Positions 17,652 through 26,338 of a stretch of 64,000 bases of DNA are shown in pieces (the stretch's first letter is position 1; every line of letters begins with the position of its first letter). Under the pieces are notes generated by a model. The model was not told the origin of the DNA, searched no databases, and saw only the letters and a program-made list of their open reading frames with translations. A program made the translations under genes and the position numbers. Origin of the DNA: an uncultured Chthoniobacterales bacterium (lineage in GTDB: Bacteria > Verrucomicrobiota > Verrucomicrobiia > Chthoniobacterales > SZAS-18); contig CAXTBX010000003.1 in assembly GCA_964242205.1 (NCBI GenBank), positions 32,698-96,697 on the forward strand. Reading direction: 5' to 3'.

Positions 17652-19172
17652 ATGAGTTCGCCTACCCTCGCAGTCGCCCCCGCTTCCATCCCCGCCGCCG
17701 ACCCCGCGTCCGACGACGACTTGGTCCTTTCCGTCCAAGGCGTCAGCAAGCACTACAAACTCTGGACCAGCCCCACTGACCGGCTCGGGTATTCGCTGCT
17801 CAGCCAGACGCACAAAACGCTGCGTCGAATCCTGCCCCAGAACGCGGCGCCGCTCCAGGCTCTCCAACGGCGGCGCGACAGTCTCTACGAGGATTTCGCC
17901 GCCTTGCACGAACTATCCTTCGAGGTCCGGCGCGGCGAGAGCGTGGGCATCCTGGGCCGCAACGGTGCCGGCAAGAGCACGCTTTTGCAGATCGTTGCGG
18001 GCACGCTCCAGCCCAGCACGGGCCACGTCGACGTTTACGGCCGCGTCGCCGCGCTGCTCGAACTCGGCAGCGGCTTCAATCTGGAGTACACCGGGCGCGA
18101 GAACGTCTACCTCAACGCCGCCGTCCTCGGCTTCACCAAGGCCGAGGTGGACGACCGCTTCGACGACATCGCTTCGTTCGCCGACATCGGTTCCTTCTTG
18201 GACCAGCCCGTCAAGACCTATTCCAGCGGCATGATGCTGCGTCTGGCCTTCGCCGTGCAGGTCGCCGTCGATCCGACGCTCTTCATCGTGGACGAAGCCC
18301 TGGCCGTCGGGGACATCTATTTCCAGAGCAAGTGCATCAAGATGCTCAAGCAAAAGCTGGAGGACGGCATGACCCTGCTTTTGGTCAGCCACGATCCCGG
18401 TTCGGTCCGCTCGCTCTGCAAGCGCGCGCTGGTCCTCGATCGTGGTCGGGCGGCCTTCTTCGGGCCGAGCGACGAGGCCACGTCCGTCTACCATGCCGTC
18501 AGTTCCGGTGCGCTCACCGGCAAGAGCCTCGCCCACGCGGTCGCTGCCCAGACCATTGCCGCCCCGGCATCATCTGCCGCGCCGGACGAACCCGCCCAAC
18601 CCGCCACGGAAATCGGTCCCGAGGACGCCACCTTCTCCGAACTGACCCTCGAACGCGCCGCCACCGCCGTCCCGCAGGGTCTCGGGCGGTTTCAGGACGA
18701 GATCGGCGACGGCACGCTCCGGCTCACCGGCTGCGCGCTGTTCGACCTGGAAGGCCGTCCCGCGCAGACGTTTCCCACGGGTGAATCCATCCGCGTCGGC
18801 GTTTCCTTCGTGCCCCGGCAGGATTTCCCGGCGGACCACCTCATTGCCGGGTTCCAGGTCCGCGACCGTTTCAACAACGTCGTCGCGGCGGGCACGTCGC
18901 TCAATTCCGGCGTTGAACTGCCCGCCGTCCGCGCCGACCAGCGGTACGTGCTCATGCTGGCGTTGCGGGGCCGCCTGGGGCCAGGCAAATACCTGTTGGA
19001 TTTCGGCCTGGGTTCTGCCCCTGACCACGCTGATTCCCCGCGCCACTATCATCACCGCGTGGGCGGCATCGCTGCTTTCGGGGTGGACTGGTTCGGGCGC
19101 AAGGTGACGTTCCAAGGCATCTGCGACCTGGGCGCGCGTTTCAGTTCCGCGCAGCTGGCCAAGGTTCCGTAA
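17652..19172 (+). CDS. wzt: polysaccharide export ABC ATPase with C-terminal Wzt_C-like domain
   Basis: GRNGAGKST, YSSGM, IVDEALAVGD; C-terminal beta-sandwich-like region. Confidence 0.92.
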   Translation: MSSPTLAVAPASIPAADPASDDDLVLSVQGVSKHYKLWTSPTDRLGYSLLSQTHKTLRRILPQNAAPLQALQRRRDSLYEDFAALHELSFEVRRGESVGILGRNGAGKSTLLQIVAGTLQPSTGHVDVYGRVAALLELGSGFNLEYTGRENVYLNAAVLGFTKAEVDDRFDDIASFADIGSFLDQPVKTYSSGMMLRLAFAVQVAVDPTLFIVDEALAVGDIYFQSKCIKMLKQKLEDGMTLLLVSHDPGSVRSLCKRALVLDRGRAAFFGPSDEATSVYHAVSSGALTGKSLAHAVAAQTIAAPASSAAPDEPAQPATEIGPEDATFSELTLERAATAVPQGLGRFQDEIGDGTLRLTGCALFDLEGRPAQTFPTGESIRVGVSFVPRQDFPADHLIAGFQVRDRFNNVVAAGTSLNSGVELPAVRADQRYVLMLALRGRLGPGKYLLDFGLGSAPDHADSPRHYHHRVGGIAAFGVDWFGRKVTFQGICDLGARFSSAQLAKVP

Positions 19173-19271
19173 GCCGCTGCTGCCCGCCGGTCTGGCCCGC
19201 CGGGCGAAAGTGCGTTGGCACACGCTGGCCCGCCGGGTTACATTACCGGCCCGCGCCGTCCGCCGAATTTG

Positions 19272-20981
19272 ATGAACACACCCTCGCCCTCACCCTCCGT
19301 CGAAGCGTCTGTCCGCTGCTGGTGTGGCTGCGCGCAATTGGAGGACTTCTCGCCCGATTACTGGCGCTGCCCGGCGTGCCAGACCCTCGTCCTGCGCGCC
19401 ATGCGCGGTGAGGAGATCAGCCAGGTGCGCGACGACGAGCACGATTTTTACGGCAAGAACTACTATCTCCACCACGTCCAAGAAGACTACGGCCTGCCGG
19501 ACCTGGAAACCCGCGCCCGCGCGGACCTGCCCGAGCGCGGCCTCCACTGGCTGCGCACCCTACTGAAATTCGTGCCTGGCCCGGGTGCCCGCACTCTTGA
19601 ACTAGGCTGCGGCCACGGCGGCTTCGTGGCGCTCCAACGCTGGGCCGGACTCGACGCCACCGGCCTGGAACTGAGTCCCTGGGTTGTCGAGCAGGCCCGC
19701 CGCTGGTTCGACGTGCCAGTCTTGGAGGGCCGCCTGGAGGATCAACAACTCGCGCCCGCCTCCTACGACGCCGTGGTCCTGATGGACGTGCTGGAGCACC
19801 TGCCCGACCCGCGCCGGACCCTCGGCCAGGCCGCCGCCCTCCTGCGCGCCCCGCACGGCTTTCTTTTGATCCAGACGCCCTGCTACCCGGCGGGCCTGAG
19901 CTACGAGACACTCTGCGCGCAGAACCATCCCTTCCTGCAACAGCTCAAACCGAAGGAACACCTCTACCTCTTCAGCGAGCAGGCGGTCGCGCGCCTGTGC
20001 GCCGAACTGGGCGTTGGCCAGGTGCGTTTTGAACCGGCCATCTACGCGCATTACGACCTGTTCGCGGTGGCCAGCGCCGCGCCGTTGGCGGAGCGCCCGC
20101 TGCCGGAGCAGGCGGCGTCCCTGCTGTCGGCCACGCCGCCCGCCCGGGCCGCCCTGGCGTTGCTCGACCTCGGCCACGAGCGCGACGACATCGACCGCCG
20201 CTTGCGGGTCTCGGTGTCCGAGGCCACCGGCCTGCGCGAGACAGCGGACCACCGTGGCGCGGAGGTCACGCGCCTGCACGCCGAGGTGGACCGCTGGCTG
20301 CGCGAGACCAAGAACCTCTGGCCGCGCCTCAACGACGCCGAAAACGCGCGCAACCTGCTCACCGCGCAACTGGCCGACGCGCGCCATCAGTTCACCGGCC
20401 TGGAAGCCGTCGCCGCCAACCACGCCCAGGAGATCACCCGCCTCTGCGCGCAACTGGACCTCGTCGTCAACGAGCGCAACCTGCTCGCGTCGCAACTGGC
20501 GGAACTGCACGGGCACTTCGAGCGCAGCGAGACCGACCGGACGGCGCGGCTGCAAATCATCGCAAATCAGGACGCGGAGATCCTGCGTCTGTCCGCCAAG
20601 CTGGACGCCGCGCAAAACGAGTGCAACCTGCGCGCTGCCCAACTGGCCGACCTCCACGGCCACTTCCAGGGCAGCGAGGCCGACCGCGCCGCGCGCCTGG
20701 AGGTCATCAACCACCAGGGCGGCGTCATCGGCGAACTCGAAACCCGCCTCCGCGCCGCCGACAGCGAGCGCGCCCGCGTCGCCGCCGACCTCGGCGAACT
20801 CGGCGCGCAACACGCCGAACTCGGCCAGGAACACACGCGCCTGTCCACCGACCTGCGCGAGGCCCGCGCCGCGCACCGGACCCTGGCCACCGACCACCAG
20901 GCCTTGCAGGCGCGCCAGCAGCGGCTTGAACGGCACTGGACGGCGCGCTGGCTGAAAACCTTCGGGCTGTGGCCGCGTTGA
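19272..20981 (+). CDS. SAM methyltransferase with long C-terminal coiled coil
   Basis: Cys-rich N-terminus, LELGCGHG motif I, DVLEHL; repeated heptad region at the C-terminus. Confidence 0.8.
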   Translation: MNTPSPSPSVEASVRCWCGCAQLEDFSPDYWRCPACQTLVLRAMRGEEISQVRDDEHDFYGKNYYLHHVQEDYGLPDLETRARADLPERGLHWLRTLLKFVPGPGARTLELGCGHGGFVALQRWAGLDATGLELSPWVVEQARRWFDVPVLEGRLEDQQLAPASYDAVVLMDVLEHLPDPRRTLGQAAALLRAPHGFLLIQTPCYPAGLSYETLCAQNHPFLQQLKPKEHLYLFSEQAVARLCAELGVGQVRFEPAIYAHYDLFAVASAAPLAERPLPEQAASLLSATPPARAALALLDLGHERDDIDRRLRVSVSEATGLRETADHRGAEVTRLHAEVDRWLRETKNLWPRLNDAENARNLLTAQLADARHQFTGLEAVAANHAQEITRLCAQLDLVVNERNLLASQLAELHGHFERSETDRTARLQIIANQDAEILRLSAKLDAAQNECNLRAAQLADLHGHFQGSEADRAARLEVINHQGGVIGELETRLRAADSERARVAADLGELGAQHAELGQEHTRLSTDLREARAAHRTLATDHQALQARQQRLERHWTARWLKTFGLWPR

Positions 20982-21001
20982 GCGGGGAGGGGAGGGCAAG
21001 G

Positions 21002-23530
21002 ATGGACGCGCACGACGCCAAACCCGGCACGCTGGTGGTGACCACCGACCTGCCGTTTTTCCCCGGCAAGAACGGGCACGATTTTTTCAACCTCCGCTAC
21101 CTGGCCCGCCGCCACGCTGTTGGCGTGGTTGCGCCGCTGCACGGTTTCTTTTCCGCCGAGGGCATCGCCAACCTGGAAAGCTTTCTCGCGGGCAGCTACT
21201 TCTGGCCGCGCCCGGTGCCGCCCGCCGCGCTGCCGCCGCTGCGGACGCTGCCCGTGGGCCGGCTGCGCGCCTGGATACGCGACCGCTCCGCCGCGCGGCT
21301 CTGGCGCTGGCTCCTGCGTCTCCTCGGCCTGCACGGCCAGCCCGCCGACGCCTACGCCCAGCTCGCCGTGCTCTCTAACTGCGCGCCTTACCTGCTGGCC
21401 GCCCTGGCCGAACGCCCTTGGCAGACGCTCGTCCTGATCCAGACCAACACCGCGCCCTGGCTCGACTACCTGCCCGCGCACCTCGCCAAGTTCGTGTATT
21501 TTCACGACGTTCGCTCCGATTCGTTGCGCCGTGCCGCCGAGCACGAGCCTGACCGCACCGCCGCCGAGCGCGACCTGCGCCTGATCCCCGCCGTCGCCGG
21601 TCAGGAGGCGCGTGTCTGCCGCGAGGCCGAACTGGTCGGCTTCGTCTCCGACCTCGACCAGCAGCGCGCCCTGGACGCCTATGCGCCCGCCGCCGAGACC
21701 GGCGTCGCGCCGATCCCGGTGGACACCGAATATTTCCACCCGGCTGCCGCCGACTGGTCGCGTGACCCCCGGCCCGTGGTCCTCTTCACCGGCCACCTCT
21801 CGCACCCGCCGAACGTGGACGCCGTCCTCTATTTCCTGGAGGTGATCTGGCCCGAGATTCGCCGCCGGGTGCCCGGCGCGGTCTTCCAGACGGTCGGCTG
21901 CCTGCCCGACGCGCGCCTGCTCGCGGCGGCCCGGGCTTCGGCGGGCGACGGTTTCGAGGTCCACGCCGACGTGCCCGACATCCGGCCCTACTTCTGGAAC
22001 GCCTCGGCTTACGTCGTGCCCATGCGCTTCGGCGGCGGCGTCCGGCAAAAAATTTTCGAGGCCTGGTCCATGCGGGTGCCGGTCGTCTGCACGACGATGG
22101 CCGCCGAGGGCACCCACGCCGCCCCCGGCGTCAACTGCTGGCACGAGGACGCCCCCGCCGCCTTCGCCACGCGCGTGGTGGCGCTGCTCGGCGGCACGGA
22201 ACCGGCGCGCGGCGCCGTGGTCGCCGCCGCGCAGGCCACCGTGCTCGCCCACAATTCGATCCCCGCCGCCGCGACCCATTTCGAGCGTCTCGTCGAGCGC
22301 ACCGTCCACGTCCGCCGCCAGCGCCCTTGTCGCCTGCTGCTCGACCTGCGCTGGATGGAGATCGGCAAGGCGGGCGGCGTCGAACAGATGACCTACGAAC
22401 TGGTCTCGGCCATTTCGCAAATTGATCATCGCAACGCCTACCGCGTCCTCGCCCCGCGCAGCACTTTCCACGAGTGGGACTTCCCGGTGGGCTTCCGTTG
22501 CGAGGGCTTCTTCACCGACCGCAACGAGGCCCGGGCCGAGGCCCTCCACGCCGGAGTCGTCAACGCGCTGGCGGGCGAATTGGAAGCCCAGCCGGTCCTC
22601 ACGCCGCCCATGCGCGCCCTGCGCGCCTACCAGCGGATGGATTTCGACCTCGTCCATTCGCTCTGCTCGTACACCTTCCCCGACATGGCCGGTTTCCCGA
22701 CCGTGCTGACGATGCACGACCTCCAGCACGTCCACTGCCCGGAGTTTTTCACGCCCGAGGAATGGCGCGAGCGCGACGCTCTCTACCGCGCCTCCTGCGA
22801 TGCGGCGCGCCACATCCTCTGCATCTCCGAGTTCACCCGGCAGGACCTCCACCGCACCTATGGCGTGCCGCTGGACAAGCTGACGACCGTCTGGAACATC
22901 CCCAGCCGCGCCGCTTGGCTGGAACTGGACCCCGCGCGCAGCCGCGCCCTGCTCGACGGCATGGGCCTCGCCGGACGCTTTTTTTTCTTCCCCGCGCACG
23001 GTTGGCCGCACAAGAACCACGCCCGGCTCGTCGCCGCCTTCGGCCTCGTTGCCAAGGACCTGCCCGCCGACGTGCGCCTCGTCTTCACGGGCAAACCCTT
23101 CCCGTCCGGCCACCCGGCGCTCGCGGCCATCGCCGAGCACCACCTGGAAAAACGCGTCGTCCACCTCGGCTTCCGCTCGCCGCTGGAGATGCGCGCGCTC
23201 TACCGTAGCGCGCTGGCGCTCGTGTTCCCGTCGTTGTTCGAGGGTTTCGGGATGCCCGTGGCCGAGGCGATGATCGCCGGTTGCCCGGTGGCGTGCTCCA
23301 ATACGACCAGCCTGCCCGAGATCGCCGGGGACGCCGCCGTTACCTTCAACCCGCTCGACGTGCGCGACATCGCGTCGACCCTGCTGCGCCTCGCACACGA
23401 CGACGCCCTGCGCGCGGACTGCGTCGCCCGCGGCCTCCGCCGACGCACCCGGTTTTCGGCCCGCGCGAGCGCCGTCCAGACGCTCGGCGTGTACCGGCGC
23501 GTGTTCGAGGAATTTTACTCCGTCTTATGA
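21002..23530 (+). CDS. tandem two-domain GT4 glycosyltransferase
   Basis: two GT-B halves (GGVRQKIFEAWS; SLFEGFGMPVAEAM). Confidence 0.88.
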   Translation: MDAHDAKPGTLVVTTDLPFFPGKNGHDFFNLRYLARRHAVGVVAPLHGFFSAEGIANLESFLAGSYFWPRPVPPAALPPLRTLPVGRLRAWIRDRSAARLWRWLLRLLGLHGQPADAYAQLAVLSNCAPYLLAALAERPWQTLVLIQTNTAPWLDYLPAHLAKFVYFHDVRSDSLRRAAEHEPDRTAAERDLRLIPAVAGQEARVCREAELVGFVSDLDQQRALDAYAPAAETGVAPIPVDTEYFHPAAADWSRDPRPVVLFTGHLSHPPNVDAVLYFLEVIWPEIRRRVPGAVFQTVGCLPDARLLAAARASAGDGFEVHADVPDIRPYFWNASAYVVPMRFGGGVRQKIFEAWSMRVPVVCTTMAAEGTHAAPGVNCWHEDAPAAFATRVVALLGGTEPARGAVVAAAQATVLAHNSIPAAATHFERLVERTVHVRRQRPCRLLLDLRWMEIGKAGGVEQMTYELVSAISQIDHRNAYRVLAPRSTFHEWDFPVGFRCEGFFTDRNEARAEALHAGVVNALAGELEAQPVLTPPMRALRAYQRMDFDLVHSLCSYTFPDMAGFPTVLTMHDLQHVHCPEFFTPEEWRERDALYRASCDAARHILCISEFTRQDLHRTYGVPLDKLTTVWNIPSRAAWLELDPARSRALLDGMGLAGRFFFFPAHGWPHKNHARLVAAFGLVAKDLPADVRLVFTGKPFPSGHPALAAIAEHHLEKRVVHLGFRSPLEMRALYRSALALVFPSLFEGFGMPVAEAMIAGCPVACSNTTSLPEIAGDAAVTFNPLDVRDIASTLLRLAHDDALRADCVARGLRRRTRFSARASAVQTLGVYRRVFEEFYSVL

Positions 23531-24906
23531 CCGACTCGCCGCCGCTCATCTCCATCGTCGTGCCGTCCCTCAACCAGGGCGACTTTTTGGCCGAGACGTT
23601 GCAGAGCCTGGTGGACCAGGCTTACCCCAACTTGGAAGTCATCGTGCAGGACGGTGGTTCCAAAGACCAATCCGTCGAAATCGCGCGGGACTTCGAGCGC
23701 CGTTTCCCGCAGATTTTCCACGTCTTCGTCGAACCCGACCGTGGCCAGTCGCACGCGCTCAACCTCGGCTTCGCCAAGACGCACGGCACGATCCTCGGCT
23801 TCCTGAACTCCGACGACACGCTCTACCCCGGCTGTCTGCGCGCCGTCGCGCGCGAGATCGATCCGGCCCGGGGCCGCTGGATCGTTTTCGGGCGTAGCCT
23901 GTTCACGGGGGACGGCCTGCATTCCGGCGTCGAGCACCCGGCGGATTTTGTCAGCCGCTTCGAGCAACTGGCCATCTGGAAGCGTGGCTTCAACACCCTC
24001 CCTCAGCCGTCCGTCTTCTGGCACCGTCGGGCCTGGGACGCCTGCGGCGGTTTCGACGAGCGCGAGGGCCACGTCCTCGACTACGACCTCTTTTGCCGTT
24101 TCAGCGCGCACTACCATTTTTACAAGGTGGACGAACTCTGGAGCACCTACCGGCTCCACGCCGATTCCAAGTCGGCTCAGCGCAGCGAAGCCGAAGTCCT
24201 CGCGTTGAGCATCGCCGTTAGCTGCCGCCATTGGCCGGGCTGGTGGCGTCCGCTCCGCTGGCACCTAGCGTGGTCCCACTGGTTGCACGACCACCACGCC
24301 CACGAGCGTGCCCGCCACCACGCCCGCCGCGCCGAGCAGGCGTTCGCCGAAAAACGCACCGCGCACGCCCTGGGCGAATTTGCCCGCACGCTGGTCTTTT
24401 CCCCGGCCATGGCCTGGCACCGACTCCTCCAGCCTCTGCTCGTCGGGAAAGGCCTTCACCACGCGGAACGCTGGCTCTTTCGGCGTGGCCCGGACGACGC
24501 CGAGGCGGGCGAGTTCACCGGTCGCCACGCCGACGGCTGGATCGGACCGTTCTACGAGCAGCGCCTCGCCCTGCCCGCCGACGCCACGCGTCTGGTCCTG
24601 CGCCTGCGCCACGTCCCACTCGAAGGCGGGCGGCACGCACGGATCGACTCGGAATTGTTCATCGAAGGCCGCTCCGTGGCAAAGCTCACCTGCACGGAAG
24701 CCCGCACCTACGAGGTCGCCGCCGACGTGGAACGTTTCGCAGGCCGCGTGTGCCGCGTGGTCCTGCGCACCAGCCCGTTTTTCATCCCCAGCTTCCTCGA
24801 CGACTCTTCCGGCGACAGCCGCAAGCTTTGTGCGTTGTGCGAAGAGACCCGCGTGGAAACCACCGGCCAGCCCGCGCCGGTGCCGGTGCCGGTCAGCGCG
24901 GCATGA
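23527..24906 (+). CDS. GT2 glycosyltransferase with C-terminal extension
   Basis: ISIVVPSLNQG, QDGGSKD, FLNSDD; ATGA overlap with the upstream gene. Confidence 0.88.
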   Translation: MTDSPPLISIVVPSLNQGDFLAETLQSLVDQAYPNLEVIVQDGGSKDQSVEIARDFERRFPQIFHVFVEPDRGQSHALNLGFAKTHGTILGFLNSDDTLYPGCLRAVAREIDPARGRWIVFGRSLFTGDGLHSGVEHPADFVSRFEQLAIWKRGFNTLPQPSVFWHRRAWDACGGFDEREGHVLDYDLFCRFSAHYHFYKVDELWSTYRLHADSKSAQRSEAEVLALSIAVSCRHWPGWWRPLRWHLAWSHWLHDHHAHERARHHARRAEQAFAEKRTAHALGEFARTLVFSPAMAWHRLLQPLLVGKGLHHAERWLFRRGPDDAEAGEFTGRHADGWIGPFYEQRLALPADATRLVLRLRHVPLEGGRHARIDSELFIEGRSVAKLTCTEARTYEVAADVERFAGRVCRVVLRTSPFFIPSFLDDSSGDSRKLCALCEETRVETTGQPAPVPVPVSAA

Positions 24907-24952
24907 TGTTTCTCTCCGTGTTAAGTTGATTGCACGGTCGTCCAGGCAAGCC

Positions 24953-25086
24953 AGGTGGATGGCGACCTCCGGGCACCATGGCAAACACCGCCGCGAAGCG
25001 GCCTGGCTGTCTGGATGGACGCGTCTATCAGCCAGGCGGCTGCGCCGCAAATAGAACCCATGGCACCCGGGGGTCGCCATCCACCT
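24953..25086. repeat. long imperfect inverted repeat (MITE/REPIN-like hairpin)
   Basis: 29 bp arms 24953-24981 and 25058-25086 (26/29 match) enclosing an inner GCCTGGCTG/CAGCCAGGC stem. Confidence 0.65.
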
Positions 25087-25197
25087 CCTGAAGAAACGGA
25101 CGCGCAACGATCTCGAAAAGCACGATAAACTGCGCCTTGACACCACCGGGCGGCCAGCCGAAAACCTCCGTGCTCCAATCCACCCTACTCACACCCG

Positions 25198-26052
25198 ATG
25201 ACCATTCCCACCGCGCCGCGCCGCCTCACGCTCGACGCCCTGCAGGAAATCCTGCGGCGCGAAGTGACCGAGCACGCCCACCTCGGCGGCCTGCGCGGCT
25301 TCAACCACCAGATGGTCGACGAACTCGGCAAGGTCCGTCCGCTGGCGGGTTGCGCCCTGCTCGACCTCGGCGCGTCGGTCCACGGTTACGCGCTGGAGGC
25401 CGCGCTGCTGCGCGGCGTGTCGCTCTACGAGGGCGTCGATCTCGACATTACCCGCCATTGGGGTGCGCCGGAGGTCGAGGTTACCGCCCTGGACGGCTCG
25501 GTCGGACGCCTGCGCCAGCGCGACGCCGAGGATTCCGGTTTCGCCGCCGACAGCTTCGACTCCCTGCTCAGCATCTCGACCTTCGAGCATTTCCACCATC
25601 CCGACACTGTCCTGCGCGAGATGCACCGCGTCCTGCGCCCCGGCGGCGTAGTGCTCGTCAGCACGGAGCCGATCTGGACGGCCTCCTACGGCCACCACCT
25701 CCACCACTTTGGCGCAATCAGCGACCTCGTCCCGCCCTGGAGCCACCTCTTCCTGAGCAAGGACCAACTGCGCGCCGTCCTCGCGCGCCAAACCTGGCCC
25801 GCCGACGCGCCCATCGACCGCGAGGCAGCCCTGCACTGGATTTACGACGGCGGCGGCGTCAACCGCCACGACATCCACCGGCTCAAGGCGTACTTCGAGC
25901 AATCGCCCTTCGACCTGGACTGGCTGGTGCAGATCCCCGATGAACTCACGCCCGAGCGCACGGCCACGGCGGCCTACGTCGCGCGGCTGCTGCCCTACAC
26001 GGCGGATGAACTGCTCTCGCGCGGCCTGTCGCTCGTGTTGCGCAAGCGTTGA
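25198..26052 (+). CDS. class I SAM methyltransferase
   Basis: LLDLGAS..EGVDL; STFEHF..EMHRVLRPGG. Confidence 0.8.
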   Translation: MTIPTAPRRLTLDALQEILRREVTEHAHLGGLRGFNHQMVDELGKVRPLAGCALLDLGASVHGYALEAALLRGVSLYEGVDLDITRHWGAPEVEVTALDGSVGRLRQRDAEDSGFAADSFDSLLSISTFEHFHHPDTVLREMHRVLRPGGVVLVSTEPIWTASYGHHLHHFGAISDLVPPWSHLFLSKDQLRAVLARQTWPADAPIDREAALHWIYDGGGVNRHDIHRLKAYFEQSPFDLDWLVQIPDELTPERTATAAYVARLLPYTADELLSRGLSLVLRKR

Positions 26053-26128
26053 CTTCGCGGCCCGCCCCGTGTAAGGCTTGCCCGCGTCAAACCGACGCCA
26101 CGCCGGGTCGTTTATGGGTAATCTTCAG

Positions 26129-26154
26129 GTAGGGACGGCGGTCCCTCGCCGTCC
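26129..26154 (+). repeat. GTAG-type REP-like palindrome
   Basis: GTAG followed by GGACGGCG-GTCCCT-CGCCGTCC hairpin in an intergenic region. Confidence 0.55.
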
Positions 26155-26338
26155 GTAATTCCCTTCGCCGCCGGGCATCGGGACGGCTCATAACCCCCGC
26201 CCACGTCCCAACCAACCATCCGCGCCAAGCCAAACTCCCAACCACCAGCCGTCCCTGCGCGTCGAATCCGTCTGCGCGCCGCACACCTTCACCGCCGAGC
26301 AGGCAACCTCTCCCACCACGTCCGACTTCCGCGTTCCG

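Noticed and set aside
20567-23398. 943 aa minus-strand ORF and similar long antisense ORFs (e.g. 11539-13089, 3664-4848, 28843-30807, 57099-58706)
   Set aside because: Shadow frames of well-supported genes in high-GC DNA, with no recognisable motifs.
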